NCBI GenBank assembly: GCA_046757885.1
Contig: JBHHZD010000008.1
Span: 4,363 to 68,362 of the forward strand
Reading direction: 5' to 3'
Source: Gemmatimonadota bacterium
Lineage (GTDB): Bacteria; Gemmatimonadota; Gemmatimonadetes; Palauibacterales; Palauibacteraceae
Length of the DNA stretch: 64,000 nt
Positions 26,608-36,397 of the stretch are shown one piece after another. A program made the translations under genes and the position numbers. Below the pieces are notes generated by a model, which had not been told where the DNA came from, did not search any database, and saw only the letters and a program-made list of their open reading frames with translations. The first letter of the stretch is position 1. Each line of letters begins with the position of its first letter.

Positions 26608-28098
26608 TCACCAGTCCACGTCGATCTGCGCCCGCTGGAGACGGCCGCTGTAGTCGACGTACGCGACCTTGGTCTCGGAGTAGAACTCGTAGACCTCCCA
26701 GCCCCCCTCACGGTGCCCGTTGCCGGTTTGTTTCACGCCCCCGAACGGAAGATGGGCCTCGGCCCCGATGGTGGGCGCGTTCACGTACGTGATCCCGTTG
26801 TCCAGCTCCTCGATCGCCCGAAACGCCGCCCCCACGTCGCTCGTGTAGATGGCCGACGAGAGACCGTACGCGACGTCGTTGTTGATCTCGATCGCCTCCT
26901 CGAGCTCGTCGAAGGTGAGGACGCTGAGCACCGGACCGAAGATCTCCTCCTGCTCGACCCGCGACCCGGCGGCGACGCCCGTGAGCACGGTCGGCTCGAA
27001 GAACACGCCATCATCCAGGCCGGCCCCCGCGGCCGGCTTCCCACCGCACGCGATCTCCGCCCCCTCCGAGGTGCCGACCGCGACGTACTCGGCCACCGTG
27101 TCGCGGGCCGATTCGTGAATCAGGGGCCCTACGTCGGTCGCCTCGTCCAGGCCGTCGCCGAGAACGAGGCCGCTCGCCTCGCCGACGAGGCGCTCGACGA
27201 ACTCGTCGTGGATGGATCGGTGAAGCAGCAGGCGGCTCGTGGCCGTGCAGCGCTGCCCCGTCGTCCCGAACGCGCCCCAGAGCACGCCCTCCATCGCCAG
27301 GTCCATCGAGGCATCCGGCATCACGATCTGGGCGTTCTTCCCACCCATCTCGAGGGAGAGGCGCTTGTGCATGCGCCCCGCCACTTCACCGATGAGCGAG
27401 CCCGTGGCCGTGGAGCCGGTGAACGAGAGCCCCGGAATCCCGGGATGCTCGACGATCGCCTTCCCGACCGTGCTGCCGTGGCCGTGCACGAGCTGAAGGC
27501 AGCTCGGCGGCACGCCCGCCTCGAGCAGGGCCTCCACGAACAGGTGCGCCGAGTGCGGCACGTCGCCCGACGGCTTGAAGACGACCGCGTTCCCGCACAG
27601 CAGGGCGGGCAGGATCTTCCAGCTCGGGATCGCGGTCGGAAAGTTGAACGGCGTGATGATCCCGAAGACTCCGATGGGCCGCCGATAGGACATGGCCCAT
27701 TTCTGGCGCAGCTCCGACGGCACGGTGTAGCCGAACAGCTTCCGGCCCTCGAGGCCCGCGTAGTACGCCGTGTCGATCGCCTCCTGCACGTCTCCTCGGG
27801 TCTCCTCCAGGACCTTGCCCATCTCCCGCGTCGCGGCCCTCGCCAGCTCCTCCTTCCGGGCGCTCAGGATGTCTCCGGCACGCTTCAGGACGAGTCCCCG
27901 CTCCGGCGCCGGCACCCGGCTCCAGGCCCGAAAGCCCTCCGCCGCCGAGGCCGCCGCCGCCTCGACGTCGGCCGCGCCGCTCTCGGGAAACCTCCCGATG
28001 ACGTCCGAGCGCCGGGCCGGATTCCGGTTCTCGAAGTAGTCGCCCGTCGTCGGCTCGACCCACCGTCCGCCGATATGGTTCAGGAACGTCTCCGCCAT
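26608..28098 (-). CDS. NAD(P)-dependent aldehyde dehydrogenase
   Basis: ITPFNFP, FTGST, LEMGGKN, GQRCTA, EEIFGP, PFGG. Confidence 0.95.
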   Translation of the reverse strand: MAETFLNHIGGRWVEPTTGDYFENRNPARRSDVIGRFPESGAADVEAAAASAAEGFRAWSRVPAPERGLVLKRAGDILSARKEELARAATREMGKVLEETRGDVQEAIDTAYYAGLEGRKLFGYTVPSELRQKWAMSYRRPIGVFGIITPFNFPTAIPSWKILPALLCGNAVVFKPSGDVPHSAHLFVEALLEAGVPPSCLQLVHGHGSTVGKAIVEHPGIPGLSFTGSTATGSLIGEVAGRMHKRLSLEMGGKNAQIVMPDASMDLAMEGVLWGAFGTTGQRCTATSRLLLHRSIHDEFVERLVGEASGLVLGDGLDEATDVGPLIHESARDTVAEYVAVGTSEGAEIACGGKPAAGAGLDDGVFFEPTVLTGVAAGSRVEQEEIFGPVLSVLTFDELEEAIEINNDVAYGLSSAIYTSDVGAAFRAIEELDNGITYVNAPTIGAEAHLPFGGVKQTGNGHREGGWEVYEFYSETKVAYVDYSGRLQRAQIDVDW

Positions 28099-28167
28099 GT
28101 CACTCCTCTCGTTTCCTCGGGCCGTCCTCCACCTCACCCCCCGCGGCCGGGCGGAGGGCGAAGGGCC

Positions 28168-28809
28168 TCAGGGTATCACCGGCGCCGTGGAGAACTCAAG
28201 CGCTCCGTCGCTCACCCCCATCGACGTGATCTCGGGCCGGATCGCGAACGTGAGCCGCCGTCCCTCCGCCTTCACCCCCGCGACGTCGATCTCGGCCAGG
28301 ATCCAGGGGACGATCATCGACGGGACCACGACCCCTCCGGCCTGAAGCGTCTCGACCTCCAGCTCTCCTTCCCCGCGATGCGCAACGCGAGCCGCGAGCT
28401 CCGTCAGGACGCGGGTCGAGTCCGAAAGGAAGCTCCGGAGCCGTTGCACCGCGCCGGACCCCGGCAGGCTGTGCGTCACGAGCCGGGCGGAGAGCACCGC
28501 GGTCGAGTCGCGCAGATCCACGTCCAGATCCTGAATCCCGGCCGGCAGCAGGGGAGCGATCCGAAAGCGCAGCAGGCTCCTCACCTCGGGCTCCGAGAGC
28601 CGAAGCCGCGACGGCGCGTCGGATGAGGCGAGCTCACCGATCTTCGCTTCGGCGCCGCCCGCCAGACGCTCGCTGACCTCGCCGCCAGTCGATCCGATGT
28701 CCAGCCGTTTCCAGGCGCCGGAGAGGTCGTCCCTGAACCACCACACGGCCAGCGCGAGAAGCGCGAGCACGGTCAGGCAGCCGATTCGCGCGAGACAACC
28801 CTTGACCAT
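28168..28809 (-). CDS. Hypothetical membrane-anchored protein
   Basis: MVKGCLARIGCLTVLALLALAVWWF N-terminal anchor after a GGAGGAG RBS; beta-rich soluble domain. Confidence 0.7.
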   Translation of the reverse strand: MVKGCLARIGCLTVLALLALAVWWFRDDLSGAWKRLDIGSTGGEVSERLAGGAEAKIGELASSDAPSRLRLSEPEVRSLLRFRIAPLLPAGIQDLDVDLRDSTAVLSARLVTHSLPGSGAVQRLRSFLSDSTRVLTELAARVAHRGEGELEVETLQAGGVVVPSMIVPWILAEIDVAGVKAEGRRLTFAIRPEITSMGVSDGALEFSTAPVIP

Positions 28810-28820
28810 CCCGGCTCCTC

Positions 28821-29390
28821 CTAGCGGTTCCGCGCGCCGAGGCGGGCGGCCTTGAGCAGCGTGTACGTGGCGCCGGCCGGACTCAGCCGGCTGCGCATCA
28901 GGTCGATGTGCGTGACCCGGTACTCCAGCGGCAGGAATGACTCGCGCGCCATGCCTTCCAGGGCCCGGAAGGTGCCCGCCTCGCCGCTGCGCAGCGCCCG
29001 GCCCAGAGTCACGTGGGGTTGATACGGCCGCTGCTCCGGTCGGATCCCGAACTCGCCGAACGCTCTCTCCAGATCCTGCTTCAGGAAGCGGATCTCCGGC
29101 GTCGGCTCGGCGCCCAGCCAGATGACGCGCGGGTGACGCAGGGAGGGAAAGGCCCCGATGCGCTCGAATCGAAGCGGAAACGGCCGAAACGACACCGCCA
29201 CGCCGGCGAGGGTCTCCTCGAGGGCGTCCACGGTGGCCGAGCGCACCTCCCCCAGGAACTTCAGGGTCAGGTGGAGGCCGTCCCGGCCGACCCATCGCAT
29301 CGGCAGGTCACTCGCCCGGAGCGAGCGCGTCATGCGGAGGATCCGGTCGCGAAGCCGGAGGGGGAAATTGACGGCGATGAAGAGGCGCAT
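28821..29390 (-). CDS. thpR: RNA 2',3'-cyclic phosphodiesterase (2H family)
   Basis: MRLFIAV, LHLTLKFLG, PHVTLGR. Confidence 0.93.
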   Translation of the reverse strand: MRLFIAVNFPLRLRDRILRMTRSLRASDLPMRWVGRDGLHLTLKFLGEVRSATVDALEETLAGVAVSFRPFPLRFERIGAFPSLRHPRVIWLGAEPTPEIRFLKQDLERAFGEFGIRPEQRPYQPHVTLGRALRSGEAGTFRALEGMARESFLPLEYRVTHIDLMRSRLSPAGATYTLLKAARLGARNR

Positions 29391-29619
29391 GCGCTGCTGG
29401 CTTCCCGACGTCGTAGACGGCGACGCCATCGAAACGAAGATCGACATCCGGCGCTCGGATTCCGTAAGCTCGTCCGGCGCGGCGGCGGCGGCAAGCATCC
29501 CGGGCGGGGTCCGCGAATGCGGGATCCAACCGCGATCGGTAGGATGTGCCTCACCCGACTCGAGACGGAGACCGACAACGAACCGGAGCACGGATGCGTT
29601 GCACGGGAAGGGACGACTC

Positions 29620-31125
29620 GTGAGCGGACTCGCGGAGACCCCGGCGACCCGCCCGGTCGTGCAGGAGCTCGTCCCCGCGCCGGACCCGGACATCTGCGTG
29701 CGTCGCGCGGGAGCCCTCCCGTGGACGATCTGGATGGACAGCCAGGTCGTCCGTCCCGGAACCGCCCGCTGGTCCTTCCTCGCCCTGGATCCGTTCGCCG
29801 TCCTTCGGGCGCACAGAGGCCGGGTGGAGTGGATGGACGCGGGCGGGACGACGACCCTGCGCGAGGACGCGCTCGCGGCTCTCCGGAGGGCCGTGGGCGC
29901 GTGCCCGGTGGAGACGGTCACGGGAGCGCCTCCCTTCCCCGGCGGGGCCGCCGGGTACTTCGGCTACGAGCTCGGGACCGCGATCGAGGCGATCCCGTCC
30001 GCGCGCCACCGGGACCTCGACCTGCCGGACATGGAGCTCGGCTTCTACGACGTGGTGCTCGCCTGGGACCGGTCTTCCGGCCGATGCTGGATCACGTCCA
30101 CGGGGTGCCCGGAGCGGGGCGACCGGTCCCGCGTCCGCGCGGAGCGGCGGCTCGAGCGGATGGAGGCCTGGGCGGCGGGCGGGGATGTGCCCCTTCCGAC
30201 GCTCGGCCCCGGGGCCCATCGGCCGGAGACCCCCCGGCCCGACGCTCAACCGCCGACCCCGGGGGGCGGTCCGGAGCTGCGGCCGGTGGACGCGGCGGAA
30301 GGCCTCCGCTCCACGTTCTCCGCGGACGAGTACGTGAGGGCCGTTCGGACGTGCGTGGCCTACATCCGGGCCGGCGACGTGTATCAGGTGAACCTCTCCC
30401 AGCGATTCCAGGCCCCGCTGCGCGTCTCTCCCCTCGGCCTGCGCGAGCGCCTCGCGGCCCGGAATCCGGCGCCGTTCGCCACGTACTTCGCCGGGAGTCG
30501 GTGCGTTCTCGTCGGCTCCTCCCCGGAGCGATTCCTGCGGTTGGACCCGGACGGAAGCGTCGAGACGAGGCCGATCAAGGGAACGAGGCCGCGGGGCCCC
30601 TCGCCCCGACGCGATGCGGCCCTCGCGCGGGAGCTCGAGAGCAGCCCGAAGGACAGGGCCGAGAACCTGATGATCACCGACCTGCTTCGAAACGACCTCT
30701 CGCGCACGTGCCGCCCGCGGTCGGTGACCGTGGAGGCGCTGTGCCGCCGCGAGACGTTTCCCAGCGTCCACCATCTGGTCTCCGTCGTGCGCGGACGGCT
30801 GGAGAGAGGCCGGGACGCCGTCGATCTCCTGCGGGCCTGTTTCCCGGGGGGATCGGTGACGGGCGCCCCCAGGATCAGGTCCATGGAGATCATCGCCGAG
30901 CTGGAGCCCGTGACCCGGGGACCGTACTGCGGCGCGACGGGATACCTCGGCTTCGACGGCTCCATGGACACGAGCATCGTGATCCGCTCGTTCGTCGTCG
31001 CGGGGCGAACCGCGTACTTTCACGCGGGCGGCGCCGTCGTCGCCGACTCGGACCCGGTCGCGGAGTACCGGGAGACGCTGGACAAGGCCGCGAGCCTCGT
31101 GGAGGCGATTCGGGACCCGGAATGA
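29620..31125 (+). CDS. pabB: Aminodeoxychorismate synthase component I
   Basis: GDVYQVNLSQ, SSPERFL, RPIKGT, KDRAENLMITDLLRNDL, FPGGSVTGAP. Confidence 0.9.
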   Translation: MSGLAETPATRPVVQELVPAPDPDICVRRAGALPWTIWMDSQVVRPGTARWSFLALDPFAVLRAHRGRVEWMDAGGTTTLREDALAALRRAVGACPVETVTGAPPFPGGAAGYFGYELGTAIEAIPSARHRDLDLPDMELGFYDVVLAWDRSSGRCWITSTGCPERGDRSRVRAERRLERMEAWAAGGDVPLPTLGPGAHRPETPRPDAQPPTPGGGPELRPVDAAEGLRSTFSADEYVRAVRTCVAYIRAGDVYQVNLSQRFQAPLRVSPLGLRERLAARNPAPFATYFAGSRCVLVGSSPERFLRLDPDGSVETRPIKGTRPRGPSPRRDAALARELESSPKDRAENLMITDLLRNDLSRTCRPRSVTVEALCRRETFPSVHHLVSVVRGRLERGRDAVDLLRACFPGGSVTGAPRIRSMEIIAELEPVTRGPYCGATGYLGFDGSMDTSIVIRSFVVAGRTAYFHAGGAVVADSDPVAEYRETLDKAASLVEAIRDPE

Positions 31126-31778
31126 TCCTCCTCATCGACAACTACGACTCGTTCGTGTACAACCTCGCCCGCTACCTGCGCGAGCTGGGAGAGGAGGTCG
31201 ACGTCGTCCGAAACGACGCGATGGACCCGGAGGCGGCGATTCGGACCGGATCTTCCCATCTCGTCGTGTCGCCGGGACCGTGCACGCCGAGCGAAGCCGG
31301 CGAATCCAACGCGATCATCGGCCGTCTCGCGGGCGAGATCCCGATTCTGGGGGTGTGCCTGGGACACCAGTGCATCGGGGCCGTGTGGGGGGCGCGCGTC
31401 GTGCGCGCCCGGCGACCCATGCACGGAAAGATCTCCTCCGTCCACCACGACGGATCGGACCTCTTCGAGGGCATCCCCACCCCGTTCGCGGCGACCCGCT
31501 ACCACTCGCTCGTCCTCGATCGGGGGTCGCTGCCGCCCGACTTCGACGTGACGGCGTGGACGGACGACGACGAGATCATGGCCGTGCGCCACCGCTCGTT
31601 GCCCGTGTGGGGCGTGCAGTTTCACCCGGAGGCCGTGCTCACGGAGCACGGGCACGTGCTGCTCAACAACTTCCTCGCTCTCGGCCGGGGCGAAGCGCCT
31701 CCGGGCCGCGGAGACGACCTGCCCCTGCGCGAGCTCGCCCTCGCGCAGGGCGGCGAGAGGCGGGACTCCGCCGGCTAG
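31122..31778 (+). CDS. pabA: Aminodeoxychorismate/anthranilate synthase component II
   Basis: IDNYDSF, SPGP, GVCLGHQ, RYHSL, QFHPE. ATGA-coupled to pabB. Confidence 0.93.
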   Translation: MILLIDNYDSFVYNLARYLRELGEEVDVVRNDAMDPEAAIRTGSSHLVVSPGPCTPSEAGESNAIIGRLAGEIPILGVCLGHQCIGAVWGARVVRARRPMHGKISSVHHDGSDLFEGIPTPFAATRYHSLVLDRGSLPPDFDVTAWTDDDEIMAVRHRSLPVWGVQFHPEAVLTEHGHVLLNNFLALGRGEAPPGRGDDLPLRELALAQGGERRDSAG

Positions 31779-33286
31779 ACGGGCGAGTCGACCCCTCGAT
31801 AGCGGAGAGCCTCCGCCACGTGCTCGTCACGGATGTCCCGGGAGTCGGCGAGATCGGCCACCGTGCGGGAGACCCGGAGCACCCGGTGGACCGCCCGGGC
31901 GCTGAGACCCAGACTCGGCACCGCCTCACCGAGCAGACGCTCCGCCGCGCTCCCGAGGCGGCAGACCTCATCCAGGCTCGAGGCCGACAGCGCCGCGTTC
32001 GGACCGCCCTGACGGGTTCTCGCCCGCTTCCGGACCCACTCGACCCTCCCCCTCACGGCCTCGCTCGTCTCTCCCGAGTCCGTCCCCCGGAGCTCTTCCC
32101 ATCCCACGCCTCCGAGGTCCACCCGAAGGTCGATGCGATCCAGGAGCGGACCGCTGATGCGACCGGAGTACCGCCGTACGAGGGCCGGATCGCAGGTGCA
32201 CCGGTCGTCTCCGCTCGTCCGGTATCCGCAGGGACACGGATTCATGGCGGCCACGAGCAGGAAGCGACTCGGGAACCGGATCGCCGCGCCCGCGCGGACG
32301 ACCGTGGCCCACCCCTCCTCCAGCGGCTGACGCAGGGCCTCGAGAACCGGGAGCGGGTACTCTCCCAGCTCGTCGAGGAACAGGACGCCCCGGTGCGCCA
32401 GGGAGATCTCCCCCGGGCGGGGGCGCGCGCCGCCGCCGACGAGGCCCGCGGCGCTGATCGTATGGTGGGGCGCACGGAAGGGCGGCGCCACGAGGGGCCC
32501 ACCCCCGGGCTCGAGGCGACCGGCGGCGCTGTAGATCGCCGTGACCTCCAGGCATTCCTCCGGCGTGAGCGGAGGCAGAAGTCCGGGCAGTCGGCGGGCG
32601 AGCATCGTCTTCCCGGCGCCCGGCTCTCCCCGCAGGAGGAGGTTGTGTGCGCCGGCCGCCGCGACCTCCAGCGCCCTCTTGGCCACGTCCTGGCCCCGGA
32701 CGTCGCGGAGATCGACGGCGGGTGAGGAGGGCGGATCGGGTGACTCCGCCCGAGCCCGTGCGAGGGGCCGTCCGTCCCGGAGGAAGGCCACGACCTCGCC
32801 GAGATCCGCAGCTCCCAGGACGGGGAAGTCTGCGACGGCCGCCGTCTCCGGCAGGTTCCCCCGCGGCACGATGAGACCGTCGACCAGGTCCCGGCAGCGT
32901 CGGAAGTGCAGGGCGAAAGGAAGGGCGCCGGGCACCGGACGGAGGGAGCCGTCGAGTCCGAGCTCGCCGACCATCGCGAACCGGCGGGCCCGGACGGGAG
33001 GCATCTGGCCGGCCGCCGAGAGGATACCGACCGTGATGGGAAGGTCGAAGGCCGACCCTTCCTTGCGGATGTGGGCCGGCGCGAGGTTGACCGTGATCCG
33101 GAGCCCGGGGACGCGGAGACCGAGCCGCGCGACCGCCGCGCGAATCCTCTCCCGCCCCTCGCGTACGGCGTTCGCGGCCAGACCCACGACCTGAATCGTG
33201 GGCGTTCCCCGCCGGATCCCGACCTCCACACGAATCCCCAGGGCCTCGATGCCCACGAGGGCGGCCGAGTGGATCGTCTCGAGCAT
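31775..33286 (-). CDS. comM: YifB/ComM Mg-chelatase-like AAA+ ATPase
   Basis: NLAPA-IRKEG--FDLP, GEPGAGKT, PFRAPHHT, LFLDE, NPCPCG, GPLLDRID. Confidence 0.93.
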   Translation of the reverse strand: MLETIHSAALVGIEALGIRVEVGIRRGTPTIQVVGLAANAVREGRERIRAAVARLGLRVPGLRITVNLAPAHIRKEGSAFDLPITVGILSAAGQMPPVRARRFAMVGELGLDGSLRPVPGALPFALHFRRCRDLVDGLIVPRGNLPETAAVADFPVLGAADLGEVVAFLRDGRPLARARAESPDPPSSPAVDLRDVRGQDVAKRALEVAAAGAHNLLLRGEPGAGKTMLARRLPGLLPPLTPEECLEVTAIYSAAGRLEPGGGPLVAPPFRAPHHTISAAGLVGGGARPRPGEISLAHRGVLFLDELGEYPLPVLEALRQPLEEGWATVVRAGAAIRFPSRFLLVAAMNPCPCGYRTSGDDRCTCDPALVRRYSGRISGPLLDRIDLRVDLGGVGWEELRGTDSGETSEAVRGRVEWVRKRARTRQGGPNAALSASSLDEVCRLGSAAERLLGEAVPSLGLSARAVHRVLRVSRTVADLADSRDIRDEHVAEALRYRGVDSPV

Positions 33287-33461
33287 GACCCAGGGTGGAC
33301 GAGGCGCATCAACGACGGATCAAGCGGCGCGGGTCCGTGGTGGTGATTCACGTGAGGCGGGGCGAAACTCCCCTCCGCCCGGCTTCGGATCCCCTGGAGC
33401 GGGTGCGACACGTGTGACTTAATGCATTGTCTGTAAAGATTTTATCGTATCCGAAACATCA

Positions 33462-33477
33462 TGGCACCAACATTGCT
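33462..33477 (+). promoter_or_regulatory. sigma54 (-24/-12) promoter of the pilin gene
   Basis: TGGCAC-CAACA-TTGCT, an exact match to TGGCAC-N5-TTGCW, preceded by an AT-rich tract. Confidence 0.88.
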
Positions 33478-33527
33478 GTTCCGGAGGGCGTGTCGGCCCG
33501 AGCCCCGCACGCAACAAGGAGAGACTC

Positions 33528-33935
33528 GTGCACAGATTGGCCGCGAACAACCGTGGATTCACGCTCGTCGAGATGCTCGTCGTGCTCGCCGTCCTCGGAA
33601 TCCTGGCCGCGATCGCGGTCGTGAAGCTCGGCGCGAGCTCCGACAAGGCGTACGTCGCCGCTATGCGGTCGGACCTGCACAACGTGATGGTGGCCGAGAT
33701 GGCGTACGCGGAAGAGAGCCTCGCGGCGAACCGTCGCAATCCCTACACGACCCGGATCAATCAGCTCGACGTGAACCTGAGCAACGGCGTCCGCGTTCGG
33801 CTGCGGGCAAATCGGACGGGTTGGAGCGGCCAGGCGACCCACACGCGTCTTCCGGGCGCCCGGTGTGCCGTCTACCAGGGCACGATCCGGAGCTTTCCAC
33901 CGGCGACGCGAGAAGGCTCGATCGCCTGCGACTGA
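33528..33935 (+). CDS. Type IV pilin-like protein
   Basis: Class III signal RG|FTLVEML, hydrophobic helix and a C-terminal Cys pair. RBS AAGGAG. Confidence 0.92.
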   Translation: MHRLAANNRGFTLVEMLVVLAVLGILAAIAVVKLGASSDKAYVAAMRSDLHNVMVAEMAYAEESLAANRRNPYTTRINQLDVNLSNGVRVRLRANRTGWSGQATHTRLPGARCAVYQGTIRSFPPATREGSIACD

Positions 33936-33984
33936 GCCGTCGGCCTCGCTCCGACCGGCCCCGTCGGGATGCGATCGTGGGCCG

Positions 33985-34500
33985 CTACGGCCGCCCCGAG
34001 TCCACCGCCGCCGCCGCGCGGGCGAGCGCGAGCACGCCCGCGCGCGCCCTGGCCAGGACGTCTGCGCAGTCGTCCAGATCGTGATTTCTCGTCAGCGCCG
34101 CCGGGTCCGTCACGGTCAGCCATACCCCGCCCTCCGCGTCCTTCCACGCGAGGGCCTTCATCGGAAGATCGAGGCCGACTTCCCGGTCGCAACGCATGAG
34201 GGGGGCGCCCACGCGGGGAGAGCCGAAGATCAGCAGCTGCGTCGGGGGCAGCTCCACCCCCACGGTCGCCGCGCCCCCGGCGTGGTCGATCCGCGCGAAC
34301 ACCTTGAGGCCCTTCTCCTTCGCCAGGCTCTCCAGTCGATCCAGCGTCTCGGCCACCGACCGGTCGCTTCGTAGCCGGATGCTCCCCACGCCCCAACCCG
34401 CCTCCTGCGCGGCCGCGGGTTTCGCGACCCAGACCGCCGCGGCCGCTACCCACAGCGGCCACGTCCGTCCGGGCCGGGAGGTCGTCGGTCGACGGGTCAC
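33985..34500 (-). CDS. Secreted DUF302 domain protein
   Basis: FARIDHAGGA, LLIFGSP--G-PLM, GLDLPMKAL; signal peptide ending AAAQ. Confidence 0.85.
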   Translation of the reverse strand: MTRRPTTSRPGRTWPLWVAAAAVWVAKPAAAQEAGWGVGSIRLRSDRSVAETLDRLESLAKEKGLKVFARIDHAGGAATVGVELPPTQLLIFGSPRVGAPLMRCDREVGLDLPMKALAWKDAEGGVWLTVTDPAALTRNHDLDDCADVLARARAGVLALARAAAAVDSGRP

Positions 34501-35012
34501 GAGACGCCCTCCTCGGCCTCGGGATCCGAGCCTTCCCTCAACTCTCGCCACAGGCGCGGGTGCGCCCGCACGAGGTACGCGCCCATCGCCGCGCCCGCTG
34601 CAGCGTTTGCCCCGAGCACGGCCCACAGTGACAGCTCTCCCGAACGAATCTCCGAGATGGCCGTGAACGCGGCCACGTTCGCGAAGGCGCCCCCGAGGGC
34701 GATGAACAGGAAGATCGGGAAGAAGTCCGGGTGCTTCTCCGTCTCGAACACGAGCCACGCGGCCACGAACCCGATGACGAGAAAGGCGAGAAGGTGGACG
34801 CCGTTGTACGCGAACACGGGCCCAGGCAGCACGGCCGTGTCCGCGGCGCCGGGCGCCGCTCCCGTGAGGCCGCTGCCGAGCCGCGCGGCCGTGTAGAAGA
34901 AGTTCCTGCCGCCGATCAGGTTCACGACGCCGAAGAACAGGGCGACCGCCGCGTATCCGAGGAGACCGGCGACGAGACCTTCCATCATCACGCGAGCTCG
35001 ATCCGGACGCAT
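34497..35012 (-). CDS. Hypothetical four-TM membrane protein
   Basis: Four hydrophobic segments; GGAGG RBS; stop overlaps the next GTG. Confidence 0.7.
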   Translation of the reverse strand: MRPDRARVMMEGLVAGLLGYAAVALFFGVVNLIGGRNFFYTAARLGSGLTGAAPGAADTAVLPGPVFAYNGVHLLAFLVIGFVAAWLVFETEKHPDFFPIFLFIALGGAFANVAAFTAISEIRSGELSLWAVLGANAAAGAAMGAYLVRAHPRLWRELREGSDPEAEEGVS

Positions 35013-35131
35013 GCCCACCTCCCGCGAGAACCGGTCCGCTCGTCCGGCCCGGGCCCGGGTATCCGGCCCCGGTCAGGACACACTACGCCAGGAGGCGCGA
35101 GGGATCAACGATCCATCCGCCCGGTTCTCTC

Positions 35132-35458
35132 TCACGGCTCCTCGACCTCGATCTCCGGATGGTGACGAGGCACGGCGACCCGGAACCAGATGAATGGAAG
35201 AAGCGGGTTCGGGAGCCAGTACATCCAGGCCAGGTTGCGGGAGCGTCCTCCCGCCGGGTCGTGGAAGTCCAGCCACACGTACAGGAACTTGTAGGGACAG
35301 AGCCCGGGCATCCAGTTCGGACGAAACCCCTTTGTGCGAAGGTATTTCCGCCGGATGTAGAGGTTCCCCTCGAATGGCGTGATCCCCCAGCCGAGCGGAC
35401 CCTCGGCGATGAGCGCGCCCGTGCTCGCGTGCCTGATGCGTATGGTCCGTCCCGCCAT
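35132..35458 (-). CDS. Hypothetical protein, distantly DUF427-like
   Basis: FEGNLY, CPYK and AW-Y--PNP resemble DUF427 motifs; GGAGG RBS. Confidence 0.6.
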   Translation of the reverse strand: MAGRTIRIRHASTGALIAEGPLGWGITPFEGNLYIRRKYLRTKGFRPNWMPGLCPYKFLYVWLDFHDPAGGRSRNLAWMYWLPNPLLPFIWFRVAVPRHHPEIEVEEP

Positions 35459-35521
35459 TCCGTGCCCTCCCTGTTTCGTTCGGGCCGGTAACCGGGCTCG
35501 GAGGCGGACGGTTCCCGGACC

Positions 35522-36190
35522 TCAAACGAACGTCGCGATCTCGTCGAGCGGCTTTCGCCGGATATCCGGCACGACGGCGTCCGGGGCCGGATGCCCGACG
35601 ACGAGAACGAGAAACGGCCTCTCGTTGGAGGGGCGGTCCAGGATCTCGTTCAGAAAGCCCATCGGGCTCGGCGTGTGCGTGAGCGTCGCGAGACCGGCCG
35701 TGTGGAGGGCCGTGAGCAGGATGCCGGTCGCGATCCCAACGGATTCGCGCACGTAGTACTGCTTGGCTCGCCCGCCGTCCGGCCGCGCGGCCCAGCTCCG
35801 CGCGAATACGACGATGAGGTGCGACGCGATCTCCAGGAACGGCTTGTGCTCGTCCGTTCCGAGCGGAGCGAGGGCCCGAAGCCATTCCTCCGGTGCCCGC
35901 CGGCCGTAGAACTCCGCCTCCTCTCTCTCCGCCGCCTCGCGGATCCGCCGCTTCACCTCCGGATCGGACACGGCGACGAAGTGCCACGGCTGCTGGTTCG
36001 CGCCGCTCGGCGCGCTTCCCGCCGCCCGGATGCACTCCTCGATCACGGCCCGGGGGACCGGGCGGGACGAGAACTGTCGCACGGAGCGCCGGCGCTCCAC
36101 CCCGGCCCGGAAGGCGGCGGCCCGCCCCAGCATTTCCTCCGGCGTCGGCTCCTCCCGGGACGGAAGCGGGACGAAGCGGGGACCGGCCAT
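35522..36190 (-). CDS. Iodotyrosine deiodinase (IYD)-type nitroreductase-family flavoprotein
   Basis: [18 protein letters not shown], lid [13 protein letters not shown]...[24 protein letters not shown]. Confidence 0.88.
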   Translation of the reverse strand: MAGPRFVPLPSREEPTPEEMLGRAAAFRAGVERRRSVRQFSSRPVPRAVIEECIRAAGSAPSGANQQPWHFVAVSDPEVKRRIREAAEREEAEFYGRRAPEEWLRALAPLGTDEHKPFLEIASHLIVVFARSWAARPDGGRAKQYYVRESVGIATGILLTALHTAGLATLTHTPSPMGFLNEILDRPSNERPFLVLVVGHPAPDAVVPDIRRKPLDEIATFV

Positions 36191-36307
36191 GGAGTCCTCC
36201 TTGTCGTTGCGGGCTCGGACACGGGCGACCGGAATGACAGCTTCGCCGGAACCCGCCCGACCGGCAACGGCGCGCCGAAGGACGGCCGCGCCCCGACGAC
36301 CCGACCT

Positions 36308-36337
36308 TTGACGGTCGGCCGCGACGTCCGGTACCTT
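36308..36337 (+). promoter_or_regulatory. Possible sigma70 promoter of the EamA operon
   Basis: TTGACG, 18 nt, TACCTT; the -35 box sits inside the inverted repeat CCGACC-N6-GGTCGG. Confidence 0.55.
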
Positions 36338-36397
36338 CCGCGCTCCCGCGCCGAGGGCGGCGCGGGCTTCGCGAGTGCCGATGGAGGAAGCCGAATC

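Noticed and set aside
24649-28626. 1325-aa plus-strand ORF
   Set aside because: It is the antisense shadow of the sigma factor, lepB and the aldehyde dehydrogenase. Long stop-free antisense frames are expected at this GC3, and it has no recognisable motifs.
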